Position numbers and translations under genes: made by a program. The notes under the pieces were generated by a model that searched no databases, was not told the origin of the DNA, and saw only the letters and a program-made list of their open reading frames with translations. From positions 2,144,001 through 2,208,000 of the forward strand of contig OY970368.1 of assembly GCA_963718615.1 (NCBI GenBank): a DNA stretch of 64,000 nucleotides, in the 5' to 3' direction. The stretch's first letter is position 1. The number at the start of each line of letters is the position of its first letter. Positions 23,711 through 33,437 of the stretch are shown here, piece after piece. The stretch comes from an uncultured cyanobacterium (GTDB lineage: Bacteria; Cyanobacteriota; Cyanobacteriia; PCC-9006; JAAUQQ01).

Positions 23711-26345
23711 TGAGCTGAATTTGTGCCTCCCTTAAGGCATTTGCCTTAGACGTTTGCTCGGTTAAATAACGATTATAAAAAGTTCCGACCACACGGCTAG
23801 TTGATTCATCATCAACATTCCAAAGTGTTGCCAAAACGCTGCGAGCACCGGCTCGAAACCCCGCGCCAGCGATGCCTAGAGCTGCTCGGCGATCGCCCGT
23901 GGCGGTTTGGCAAGCGCTCAAAATTAGCAAATCGATTGGGGTTGCTTGGGTATCTTCTTGGATTCGCAAAAATTGACTGAGTTCATTAACATTAATTTGT
24001 TGATCCCAAGCGAGAAGATATGTGTCTTCTGCCTTGCTGCTAAAGACGCCATGGGTGGCAAAGTGAACGATGGAAAAATCGCGATCGCTAATCACCCGTT
24101 TAACCCTTTCCACCGTAAAGGCTTCATCGATTAAAAACTCTCCCGGTAGCTGCTGCTGAACCTGTTCAATTTCACCACGGGCCGCATTGAGTTGGCGAAA
24201 CGGTGTCCGCTCCTGGGTCATGGCGGCAGCTAGGACAAACGCATTAGCTGGCGTGACAGTGGTATGTTTCGGAAGCTGGATGCTGGGAGCGATCGCAATG
24301 CTAAAATCCTGAACTAAGTGATGTTGAGTTTCCGGGTCATAGAGTGCCGCAACGGGCACCGCACTCAGCACGCTATCGAACACAAACACAAGGGTTTTGA
24401 CCTTCTCTTGGTCGAGACTGGTCCGCAAGGGGGCAATCATCCAGTTATAAATTTGTGTAGCGGGCTCAAAGAAATCCGAGGAATCCGAGTCACTTTCAAC
24501 CTGCGCGGCTGTCGTTAAACGGTCCACAGCGCCTTCTAGGGTCGCTTGATCCACGAGAGTTGAAAAACGTTTTAAGGGAGACTGTTTGCCCGGAAGTTTG
24601 AGAATCAGCTCTAGCCGGTCGGGTAACACGATTGAGTACAGTACTGCTTGACCCTCTTCTGTCAGATCGTCTAGAGCGGAGCGGGGAATGGCGCAGGGCT
24701 CCCGAAAATAGTTGTCGATTTCCGCAAGCTGAAGCCGCTCCACAATATTCCGTGCTGTCTTGAGATCTTCCTCGCTCGTCTTGCTTCCCGGCTGTAGCAA
24801 GAGATCGACGTAGTCGCGGTACACCGGCTCGACCTGATCTCGAAAGGAGAACTGAATCTCTCGGTTGGTCGCGACGAGATCGCGGCGTAAGCTATCCAAA
24901 TCCTGAACTGCGCCCCGGTAAGCCAAGAGTGCCTGCGATCGCTGGTTTTTCTCCGCCAGCAACTGTCCCATGCGCCACTGCCAGCGATAGGACAGATCGG
25001 TTGCGCCGCGACTTTGGGATTGGGCCAAGGCATCGCGAATATAAACCTCTGCACGATCGCGATCGCCAATCGTCCTATAGAGTTCTCCAAGATAACCGGT
25101 GACGTAGTTGATGGCCTGGGGGTCTTGGATTTGCTGCGCCAAGACGAGAGCTTCTTCCAGCAGAGCTGCCATCTCCTCAGCCTGCACCAAAACCGGTAAA
25201 TCGACAGTGTTGATGGGCTCTTGTTGTCGCAACCGAGCGTAGCGCAGCAGGCTCTGCACAAGGTTGATACGGCCATAAATTGCGGTGCGATCGCCCCCAA
25301 GCTCCTTAAAGTTTTGTTGAAGAGCTGCCACAAGCGGTTCGATTTGATTTGCCCAATCGCGGTTTTGTTGGAGGAGCGATCGCTGCTTTGAAAAGAAAGG
25401 CGTTCGCAGCAGTTGATCGTAGGACAAAGATGCAGCCCTTTCTTGGAGTAACCGTAAGCTATCCAGTCCCACTTCGATCCCCTCTATGCCAAGGCGAATG
25501 GCATGGGTTTGAGCTTGAGCTTGGGTGGTTAGTGCTGTGTCAGCATTCTCTGTGATGAGCTTCTGATACGCACTCAGGAGATCACTTAATTCTCGCACGT
25601 ACTCCACTTCAAGCGGCTTGGGCTCTGGGGATTGAACCGAATTACCTTTTAAGATTTCGCCTAAATCACCGAGCTCTCGTCTTGTGGCACTGAGGTCTTG
25701 GCTGCTGAGCCGGATGGCCTGAGTGTTAAGCAGGGCAAGCTGGGCTGCGATCGCCTCCTGCGGAAACTGGTCAGCAGCAGCAGTCTGGCTCGTTTTGAGC
25801 GCTATCTCTGCAACATTGAGTTGGCCCACCAAGCCGAGTGACTCTCCCAATAGACGCAGGCCAATGATCTGAGTTTTGGTCTTGAAGGATTGTGCTTCCA
25901 AATCCGTTAGTTTTAATTGGGCACAGTCCTGCTGGGGCAATGACAATGCTTTCAAGAGGGTATTGCAAGATCGTCGGGTTTGTCCTAGAGACTCTAGGGC
26001 TTGAGCCTGATAGATCAATGTGCGACTGACGCCATCAGGGTTGCCCAATGCCGCGTAGGTTTTTTGAGCGGTTTCCCACTGGGCGAATGCGGCTGGGTAG
26101 TCGCCTGCGTTATAGTGCGATCGCCCTTCTCCAACGAGTTGCTCTGCGACTGGATTGGCAGGTGTGGGGTTAACCTGGGCCGCTGCCCCCAGCGCACTGA
26201 CCATCGCCACCCAAAAACTTCCCGCTCCTACACCATGGAGCAAGAACACGAGACAGAAACTCAGAAAGGACATGCCCCAATGCCGCAAACGACTCTGGCT
26301 GATGTTCCAACGATTTGTGAGATTTGTAATTTTCCAAATATTCAT
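23649..26345 (-). CDS. TPR-CHAT caspase-like protease with predicted signal peptide
   Basis: TPR-like helices, VHFATHG (His), LILSACQTA (Cys), PYFWAPFVLVG C-terminus. Confidence 0.9.
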   Translation of the reverse strand: MNIWKITNLTNRWNISQSRLRHWGMSFLSFCLVFLLHGVGAGSFWVAMVSALGAAAQVNPTPANPVAEQLVGEGRSHYNAGDYPAAFAQWETAQKTYAALGNPDGVSRTLIYQAQALESLGQTRRSCNTLLKALSLPQQDCAQLKLTDLEAQSFKTKTQIIGLRLLGESLGLVGQLNVAEIALKTSQTAAADQFPQEAIAAQLALLNTQAIRLSSQDLSATRRELGDLGEILKGNSVQSPEPKPLEVEYVRELSDLLSAYQKLITENADTALTTQAQAQTHAIRLGIEGIEVGLDSLRLLQERAASLSYDQLLRTPFFSKQRSLLQQNRDWANQIEPLVAALQQNFKELGGDRTAIYGRINLVQSLLRYARLRQQEPINTVDLPVLVQAEEMAALLEEALVLAQQIQDPQAINYVTGYLGELYRTIGDRDRAEVYIRDALAQSQSRGATDLSYRWQWRMGQLLAEKNQRSQALLAYRGAVQDLDSLRRDLVATNREIQFSFRDQVEPVYRDYVDLLLQPGSKTSEEDLKTARNIVERLQLAEIDNYFREPCAIPRSALDDLTEEGQAVLYSIVLPDRLELILKLPGKQSPLKRFSTLVDQATLEGAVDRLTTAAQVESDSDSSDFFEPATQIYNWMIAPLRTSLDQEKVKTLVFVFDSVLSAVPVAALYDPETQHHLVQDFSIAIAPSIQLPKHTTVTPANAFVLAAAMTQERTPFRQLNAARGEIEQVQQQLPGEFLIDEAFTVERVKRVISDRDFSIVHFATHGVFSSKAEDTYLLAWDQQINVNELSQFLRIQEDTQATPIDLLILSACQTATGDRRAALGIAGAGFRAGARSVLATLWNVDDESTSRVVGTFYNRYLTEQTSKANALREAQIQLIKDQKAPYFWAPFVLVGRWG

Positions 26346-26426
26346 AGTGCTGCTTCTCTCTCAAATGTGCTCAGCCATTACCCATACAGTGATCGTTTCT
26401 GCTGCGATTACCCTTAAATTTGCCCA

Positions 26427-28205
26427 TTAAAACAATCGATATCGAAACGAAACATTTAGCCCTCGCGCTTGCAGACTGTCGCCTTCTCCCTTCACATCAA
26501 TCAGCGGAATACCGTAGTCGATTCGCCCTGAAAAGCGGCGATCGCCCCCACTCTCAAACAACAATCCCAAACCAGTAGAAGCAATAAAACTGGGATCGGG
26601 ATTGGGCCGATCGCCTCGATTAAACGCACCCCCCACATCCAAAAACGGTACGATCTGCAACCGACTCGCCTGCCGCTGCCCAGATTTGAGGAGAGGCCAA
26701 CGCAGTTCCGCCGAAGCAAACCAGCCGCTATCCCCCAGCAGCACATCCTGTCGATAGCCCCGCACCGTATTTGTGCCACCAACCCCAAATTGAGCCAAAG
26801 GAACCAGGGGACGGGAAGCCAGTTGTAGACTTGACCGGGCAAGGAAGGTCGCTTCAGGGGCGATCGCCCGACCATACTGGGCCTGTCCGCGCCAGAGAAA
26901 AAACTGGCTATCGGGTTCGTCTCCCGCCTGATTGCTTGCGCCCAGGAATGGCAGTCCCGCTGAGACTTGCGATCGCAACGCCCAAAAATCCTGCTCACTG
27001 CGCTTGGTGTAATCCTGAAAAAAACGCAGCTCATGGATCACCGTTTTGCCCTGATCATCAGACCCTGGCGAAGGAAACGGTGCGTTTAGTTCCTCAATAA
27101 ATCGCGCTTGGGTTTGGCGACGGGAGAGGCTTGCACCCAGGGCAATTTCTCGGCTAGGGGTCTCCACGAGGGGCTGTCGATAACTCAATTCCCAAGCCGA
27201 GGCATCGGCGTTGATCGCAAGAATATCGAAGGGTTCCTCGATGACATTACTGCGGGTTAAACTGACATTCAAATCAAGGCGACCATTGCGGGGATTGAGG
27301 GGATAGCTGTATCCCAAATCAAGGCTGTTGCTGCCGTTGGTATTGCCGTAGGCGACGTTAAAGCGATCGCCCTTTCCCGACAAGTTCAAATGCTGGAATT
27401 GCACCTGTCTTTGCCAACTGCCAACGCTGGGGGAACGATTATTATTGAGGCCTAAGTCCAGGGAAACGGCTCGGGCTTCTTCGACTTCAACGCGCAAAAA
27501 GCTAGTGCCAATTCTGGTGCCGCTGGACAGTTCGGCGGTGATACTGGCCAGCAGGGGATCGAGACGCAGGAGCTGCAAGGTTTCAAGCAGGGTCTTTTTG
27601 TTGATTGGTTTGCCGGTGCCTTGGAAGATGCGATCGCGAATATAAGCTTGATCTAGCCTTTGGGTTCCCAGAATCTCAACCTCTGCCAGTAGACCTTCGA
27701 TCACCTGAATTTTGACAATCCCATTCTCAAATTTGTGCTCAGGGATGACCGCCCCGGAAGTCACATAGTTATTTTTAATATAGAGGTCCGTAATGGCCGT
27801 TGCAGCGCTAATCAGTTCGACTTGACTGAGGGGGCGATTGAGAAAGGATGTCAGCACTGCATCGAGTTCTGCGGGGGTGAAAACGGTACTTCCAAGCACT
27901 TCAAATTGCCTGACGGTAATGGTGTCAGCGTCGAGCACATCATTCCTTTCTTCCGCAGGAACAACCGGTAATAACTGGTTTTGTTGCAGAGTCTCTTCGG
28001 GAGAAGGGGCAGGATTGGTGAAATCAGGATCTGGAAACTCAGAATCTTGTGGATTTGGGGTGACACCAGGGCCGAGGGGTCTGAGGTTGGGCAGGGAGGA
28101 CTGGGCTGGGGCTGGGGGGGCAAAAACTAGGGCGAGGAAAAGACTGGGCAGGGCGATCGCGCCCCAGCTAAATGGCTGTCGATCGAGCAAAACCTGATCA
28201 TTCAT
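26427..28205 (-). CDS. ShlB/FhaC/HecB two-partner secretion transporter (TpsB)
   Basis: POTRA-like N-terminus (YVTSGA), VRGY motif, C-terminal Phe. Confidence 0.9.
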   Translation of the reverse strand: MNDQVLLDRQPFSWGAIALPSLFLALVFAPPAPAQSSLPNLRPLGPGVTPNPQDSEFPDPDFTNPAPSPEETLQQNQLLPVVPAEERNDVLDADTITVRQFEVLGSTVFTPAELDAVLTSFLNRPLSQVELISAATAITDLYIKNNYVTSGAVIPEHKFENGIVKIQVIEGLLAEVEILGTQRLDQAYIRDRIFQGTGKPINKKTLLETLQLLRLDPLLASITAELSSGTRIGTSFLRVEVEEARAVSLDLGLNNNRSPSVGSWQRQVQFQHLNLSGKGDRFNVAYGNTNGSNSLDLGYSYPLNPRNGRLDLNVSLTRSNVIEEPFDILAINADASAWELSYRQPLVETPSREIALGASLSRRQTQARFIEELNAPFPSPGSDDQGKTVIHELRFFQDYTKRSEQDFWALRSQVSAGLPFLGASNQAGDEPDSQFFLWRGQAQYGRAIAPEATFLARSSLQLASRPLVPLAQFGVGGTNTVRGYRQDVLLGDSGWFASAELRWPLLKSGQRQASRLQIVPFLDVGGAFNRGDRPNPDPSFIASTGLGLLFESGGDRRFSGRIDYGIPLIDVKGEGDSLQARGLNVSFRYRLF

Positions 28206-30829
28206 GATGCACCGGAACAGGAGCTATAGGGTTTAAGACCAGACTGAGTCCCGAGATTCGGAACATTGGCGGAGAAGAAGACTTCGCCATGCTCATCCCT
28301 TACCCAGCCTTGGGCCGCGACGGGCGATCGTGCAACAGGTTCAGGGCTACCGGCTGGGTCTAGGGGTGCTGTGGCGACGGAGGGAGCAGAAGTCTCTTCT
28401 AGGTTTGCGAGAACGGTACTGCTGCGTAGAATATCGTTGGGGTTAGGGGGGAGACCGCCGAGGCCGGTGGCGTAGAATTTGTCTTTGGGAACAGGGCGTC
28501 CGGTGGGGCGGCAACCTTCGGCGAGGAGATCCGGGAGGCGAGTTTCGGGGAGATCGTCGAGCGATCGACTGGGGTCGATATCGAGGGCATTTACACTAAT
28601 ACTCCCATTGAGACCAAATTTTGAATCTGCATTAATATCATTAGTGGTTATTTTAATTGGACGTTCAGTAATACTAAAGAGACGTTTAGCTTCAATAAAA
28701 ATATTTCCACCATTACCTTCGAACGCATTAGCAATAATATCGCTATTGTTACGAGGTGTTCCGATTAAAAAAAGAGTTTCTAGTAAAATATCTCCTCCAT
28801 CGCCCCCCAAAAACTCTGAACCCGAATCCGTACGGATCAAACTATTCTTGCTTAAGACAATATATTCTTCTACACCCAGTAAGACATTTCCGCCTAGGCC
28901 ATTGAAGGTTGCCGCTTCAAGAGAACTGGACTGATCTAAAACTAATCTTCGAGCATCTATTACAACAGCACCGGCTTCACCCAAACGATTCACAGATTGA
29001 CCGTTCGCAGTACCTAAAAGTTCTTCCGCAGGGCCAAACCCAAGCTTGGAATTCACAGCAACAGCTTCTCCTGAGCTAAGGTTGTTAGCAGCAATCGTTC
29101 CATCATTGCTAACAATGATCCGATCCGCAAATAGGAAGATTAACCCTCCATTTCTAGCATCTTGCTGAGCATTGCTAAAAATCTCAGAGTTTTGATCAAG
29201 GAGAATGTCTCTACTGGCAATCAAAAAAACAATACCGCCAGAGCCTCTGCCGTCGGCAGTTGTACTAATTTTACTCTGATCACCTAGAGAGATAAACTCT
29301 CCTCCCACTAAGATAATCCCTGCGTTTCCTTCCGCATTCTCTTGAGAACGACTCTCTATTTCGCTAAGCCGATCTAAAATAATTCTATCCCTAGCACTAA
29401 TGTAAACAAATCCTGCATTACCAAATCCGGAAGTGCTTGTACTGATTTTGCTATTTTTTGACAACTCCAGTGAGCCAACCTCTACAATAATACGTCCCCC
29501 TTGATTGGTCTCAGCTATTCCTTGAATTGAAGCCTGAATGAGTGACTCTGAAGTAGCTAATAATCTTTCCGCACTGATTAAAATGCCGCCCGCGTCGCCA
29601 TTTGCACTCTCACTGACTCGACTGAAGACTCCGCTATTTTGCAGTGTTACAGAATCGCTAGCTCGAATGATTAATATCCCAGAGCTGCCATTACCATAAG
29701 TGGTGGTACTGATTTCTGAATTCTCAGAAAGAGTCACTGATTTGGCCACTAAAGCAATTGAGCCAAAAGGATAGTCATTTTGCTCAATTGCTTCAAAAAT
29801 ATTCTGTTGATTACCCGTCGCTCCAATATTAATATTGTTCTCGATTCGAGCAGAATCGCTTAGCTTAATAGCCTCTGTAGCGTCCAACAGAATAATTCCT
29901 GCTAAGCTATCTTCAGAACCATTAGAAGTGCCAGATGCTCCACAGCTTGAGCCATCGGAACCGATCCCGGCACACATGTACGTATTTTGACCGCTTACTT
30001 CAATATTGTGAGCAGAAATCAGAATACTTCCATTTCCACTTGCAACAACATCGGCGATCGCCCCCTCAGAAAACGTCACATCTGCCCTGGTTGAGCCTGG
30101 AGAAAATTCAGAGCCAAAAGAAACTTCCCCAGCACTGCCCATCGCAATTAAATCTAAAAGACCACCAGGCGCACGCAATACACCACCTCGAACATCGATC
30201 GCCCCACCTGCAAGACGTAGTGTCTCCGATTCCGGAACAATTAATTCCGCTCCCGGCTGAGTAGAAATAGCTTGAGGAATTTGGTTGTACAGAAACGCTG
30301 TTGGATTAATCGTAAGAAGATCTACCTGATTAGATGCCGTTGTTAAGTCAAACGAACCCACGCCATCAAACTCAATTCCTGTTGCCGTTGTAGCTGTAAA
30401 CGATCCCTGTAAATCCAGGCGTGCATTGGGGCCAAAAACAATGCCTGCGGGATTCATGAAAAACAGATCCGCCGCGCTTCCAGAAACGGAAAGCAACCCA
30501 TCAATATTGGAAACCTTTCCCCCCGTCACGCGACTGAAAATACTGCCTACACTTGGGTCAACTAAAAAACGAGTTTCAGCACCTGCACCTGAAAATGAAA
30601 ACTCGCTAAAACTGTGAAATAGATTGGCTCCCGCAGGCGTCCCACCGGTAATATCGCAGATTCCAGCTCCGCCACAGCCTCCCGTAGCCTGGGTTCCCAA
30701 CGATGTATCTGGGATAATCTGAGCCCTTGTTGGAAGCGCGATCGCCCCCCAACTCAACCAGATTCCCAGCCCAATTCCTGGAAGTCGACTCAATTGCAGA
30801 TCGCTTAATCTTTGCACTGTCCAATTCAT
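28202..30829 (-). CDS. Filamentous haemagglutinin-like TpsA exoprotein
   Basis: AQIIPD, NLFHSFSEF, NPAGI TPS motif, beta-helix repeats, AQGW C-terminal motif. Confidence 0.9.
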   Translation of the reverse strand: MNWTVQRLSDLQLSRLPGIGLGIWLSWGAIALPTRAQIIPDTSLGTQATGGCGGAGICDITGGTPAGANLFHSFSEFSFSGAGAETRFLVDPSVGSIFSRVTGGKVSNIDGLLSVSGSAADLFFMNPAGIVFGPNARLDLQGSFTATTATGIEFDGVGSFDLTTASNQVDLLTINPTAFLYNQIPQAISTQPGAELIVPESETLRLAGGAIDVRGGVLRAPGGLLDLIAMGSAGEVSFGSEFSPGSTRADVTFSEGAIADVVASGNGSILISAHNIEVSGQNTYMCAGIGSDGSSCGASGTSNGSEDSLAGIILLDATEAIKLSDSARIENNINIGATGNQQNIFEAIEQNDYPFGSIALVAKSVTLSENSEISTTTYGNGSSGILIIRASDSVTLQNSGVFSRVSESANGDAGGILISAERLLATSESLIQASIQGIAETNQGGRIIVEVGSLELSKNSKISTSTSGFGNAGFVYISARDRIILDRLSEIESRSQENAEGNAGIILVGGEFISLGDQSKISTTADGRGSGGIVFLIASRDILLDQNSEIFSNAQQDARNGGLIFLFADRIIVSNDGTIAANNLSSGEAVAVNSKLGFGPAEELLGTANGQSVNRLGEAGAVVIDARRLVLDQSSSLEAATFNGLGGNVLLGVEEYIVLSKNSLIRTDSGSEFLGGDGGDILLETLFLIGTPRNNSDIIANAFEGNGGNIFIEAKRLFSITERPIKITTNDINADSKFGLNGSISVNALDIDPSRSLDDLPETRLPDLLAEGCRPTGRPVPKDKFYATGLGGLPPNPNDILRSSTVLANLEETSAPSVATAPLDPAGSPEPVARSPVAAQGWVRDEHGEVFFSANVPNLGTQSGLKPYSSCSGAS

Positions 30830-30992
30830 GAGCGAACCCTTGTGCCTGATTGGAACTCGCAATAAGGAAGCGCAATATATCGTGTATCTAGCACGAGATG
30901 GGCACAATCCTTTTGCGGAACAAAATCAGTATATCAGCGTAGACTAATAAGATAAAGGGTGTTGAAATATCCAGTAATATCCGCATAATGAC

Positions 30993-31442
30993 TCAATCTA
31001 ATGGGGCGTGCTGACCGCCTCGCTGTATCCAAACCACGATGAATATACCTAGGCCACAGCCCAAGGCGTAGTACAAAAAGTCCCAACTGTGAAACGTACT
31101 GCCCAGCAGCAACTTTCCTGGCAACGTCGCCCGAATGGCCTGAAGCCAAGCCGGTTGCCAGAGTTGCAACACCTCCACGCCACTCGTCACTCCAAACACC
31201 CACAGTCCGACCCGGAGGGGCACAAGGCGCGGGTTCAAAATCATGATAAAAAAGATCCAGGCCATCTCAAATAAAATATCCCCCGCCGATCCCTGGACCC
31301 AGCCTTCTCCAGGACCATTGTAGATTTTTGTCCAGAGGCCCAAGGGAATGGTCACCACGAGGGCCAGGGCATAGCACAGACGGATTGTTTGGGGGGTGGA
31401 GCGTTGAGGTTTGCTCATTGTGCCTACAGATTGCTTACCCAT
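30993..31442 (-). CDS. DUF2809 family membrane protein
   Basis: GDIL, VEVLQLW, LLGSTFHSWD. Confidence 0.8.
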   Translation of the reverse strand: MGKQSVGTMSKPQRSTPQTIRLCYALALVVTIPLGLWTKIYNGPGEGWVQGSAGDILFEMAWIFFIMILNPRLVPLRVGLWVFGVTSGVEVLQLWQPAWLQAIRATLPGKLLLGSTFHSWDFLYYALGCGLGIFIVVWIQRGGQHAPLD

Positions 31443-31445
31443 TGC

Positions 31446-32474
31446 CTAGAGTTCTTGACGGTATTCGTCGCCACAATCGCCAATGAGACGATAGAGATCC
31501 TGAGCGCGATCGCAAACCATTCTCAACTTCGCATAATCCAACTCATCCAAGCGAAACTCAAACACCCGCTGATTTTCTACCCGATGCTCCTGCACACCCA
31601 ATCGCGCCCCCACAATCACCCCTGCCACCGCTGATTGTTCTAATACCCAGCGCACTGCCACATTGGCCAGCGTGACATTGTGCTTTTCGGCAATCCCTGC
31701 CACCGCTCGCAATAGCTCCTGAAATAACTCCCAACCGCCCCAGGTATCAATCATGCGCTTGTATTTGCGCAGCGAGGCGGTGCGCAACTGCAAATCGTGG
31801 GGTTCTGGCTGATTCAAATAGGTTTCCGACAGGAGCCCGCCACAAAGCGCCCCATAGGCAAGCAAATGAACATCATGAGCACGGCAAAACGGCACCAGTT
31901 TCATCAGCGGTCGCTGATCCACCAAGGAAAACTGAACCTGATTCGTGATGATCGGGATGCCGTGATCCAACAGAAAACAGAGGTGGTCCGTATCGAAATT
32001 CGTGAGACCCAAATGGCGAATGGATCCCTCCCCTTTGAGATCAACCAGATGTCGAAGGGCGTCTACGTAGCGGCGATCGCAATAATCCCACCAGTGAAAC
32101 TGCAACAAATCCAGCGACGGCACCCCCATCCGCCGCCGGGATCGATCCACATTCGCCTCCACAATTTGCCGGGTCATGGGACCAGAGCGGGGGACCCACT
32201 TGGTGAAGGTTTGCACTTGAGCCAAGGTCTGTGAGCCTCGGGTGGCGCTGAGCTGATTCAAAAACTCCCCGACAAAATCTTCAGCGGGGCCGTAGTGATC
32301 CGCCAGATCCCAGGTGGTAAAGCCTGCGTCGAAATAGTCAAACATGGCGGCGATCGCCCCTCGGGGATCAATCTTGCCGTGGGCACCGGAGATCTGCCAC
32401 ATCCCAGTGAGAAGACGATAGATTGATAAATCAGTCGTTAGGCTACAGCGGCTTTCTGGGGGAAGAGGCATCAT
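31446..32474 (-). CDS. Aldo/keto reductase
   Basis: DLADHYGPAE, LDLLQFHW, GLTNFD, NQVQFS. Confidence 0.9.
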   Translation of the reverse strand: MMPLPPESRCSLTTDLSIYRLLTGMWQISGAHGKIDPRGAIAAMFDYFDAGFTTWDLADHYGPAEDFVGEFLNQLSATRGSQTLAQVQTFTKWVPRSGPMTRQIVEANVDRSRRRMGVPSLDLLQFHWWDYCDRRYVDALRHLVDLKGEGSIRHLGLTNFDTDHLCFLLDHGIPIITNQVQFSLVDQRPLMKLVPFCRAHDVHLLAYGALCGGLLSETYLNQPEPHDLQLRTASLRKYKRMIDTWGGWELFQELLRAVAGIAEKHNVTLANVAVRWVLEQSAVAGVIVGARLGVQEHRVENQRVFEFRLDELDYAKLRMVCDRAQDLYRLIGDCGDEYRQEL

Positions 32475-32499
32475 GGAGCTAGGGGGATCGGAAATTGCC

Positions 32500-32889
32500 A
32501 TGAACGAGGACAACCAGCTCATTCTGAACGTAAATCAGGCATTCTACCGGGCCTTTGAGAAAAAGGACATGGTTGCCATGGAGAAGGTTTGGTCCCAGGG
32601 GACCAGCAGTCTTTGTGTTCACCCAGGGCGTAGCGTGCTTCTCGGCTGGGAGCGCATTAAGACTTCCTGGATGCAAATTTTCAAAAATACAGATTACGTT
32701 GAAATTAATATTGACCTCATTTCCACTGAAATTAGCGGCGACTTAGCATTTATTGTTCTGACGGAAAATATCTTACAAATTAGCCAAAATCGCCGCATCG
32801 AAGCGCAATCGATCGCCACGAATGGGTTTGAGCGCCTAGGCAACCATTGGTACATGATTCACCACCACGGCAGCCCCGTCATGCAGTAG
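32500..32889 (+). CDS. SnoaL/NTF2-like protein
   Basis: NQAFYRAF, CVHPG, WYMIHHHGS. Confidence 0.85.
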   Translation: MNEDNQLILNVNQAFYRAFEKKDMVAMEKVWSQGTSSLCVHPGRSVLLGWERIKTSWMQIFKNTDYVEINIDLISTEISGDLAFIVLTENILQISQNRRIEAQSIATNGFERLGNHWYMIHHHGSPVMQ

Positions 32890-32913
32890 GGACGAACGGC
32901 AGTTCGTCCCTAC
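32886..32913. repeat. GTAG-type REP-like palindrome / terminator
   Basis: GTAGGGACGAAC-GGCA-GTTCGTCCCTAC at the stop codon between convergent genes. Confidence 0.65.
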
Positions 32914-32944
32914 CGTTTTTACCGCCGTTCCCCTGCTACCGTTT

Positions 32945-33184
32945 TTACCGCCCCTCCTCCGCCAAAATGCGGTCTTTGGAGTCTTCCCAGTAGGCACTGT
33001 AAGTCCATTCGATCTGCATGCCTTTCTCCGCTTGGGTCCAACGATAAATCGCTGATTTTGGCTCCACGCCCAATTCGATTAACTTTGCGCCCATGTAGTA
33101 CTCAATTTGTCGTTTAGTCATGTCGTCCAGACCCCGTGATTTGAGAATCCGACGGGACAGATGGGCTTGGGTATGCTTGGCCAT
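32945..33184 (-). CDS. Small conserved hypothetical protein
   Basis: 79-aa ORF MAKHTQAHLSRRI...WTYSAYW. Confidence 0.65.
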   Translation of the reverse strand: MAKHTQAHLSRRILKSRGLDDMTKRQIEYYMGAKLIELGVEPKSAIYRWTQAEKGMQIEWTYSAYWEDSKDRILAEEGR

Positions 33185-33437
33185 GGGAAATCAATACAAA
33201 CAAAATCAATACACAGTAACAGGTCAACTCAATCTCGTTAACAGACCAGTCAACAGAATTTCCACCCATGGAAATCTCCACTGGAAATCTCCACTGGAAA
33301 TCTTCAACCAGTGTAAAAGCCTATTCCCTCCAGCGCTACCAGCCCTGGGTCGAGAGCGCTATGCTGAAATGGGATTCGTAATACCATCCGATAACGCCAC
33401 CCGATAACGTCACCCGATTCGTAGTGCAACCAAAGTT

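Noticed and set aside
23649-26345. TPR-CHAT as a CRISPR-linked (Craspase-like) effector
   Set aside because: It is ~14 kb from cas10 with housekeeping genes in between, has an export-like N-terminus and sits in a TPS operon; the CRISPR system is III-B, not III-E
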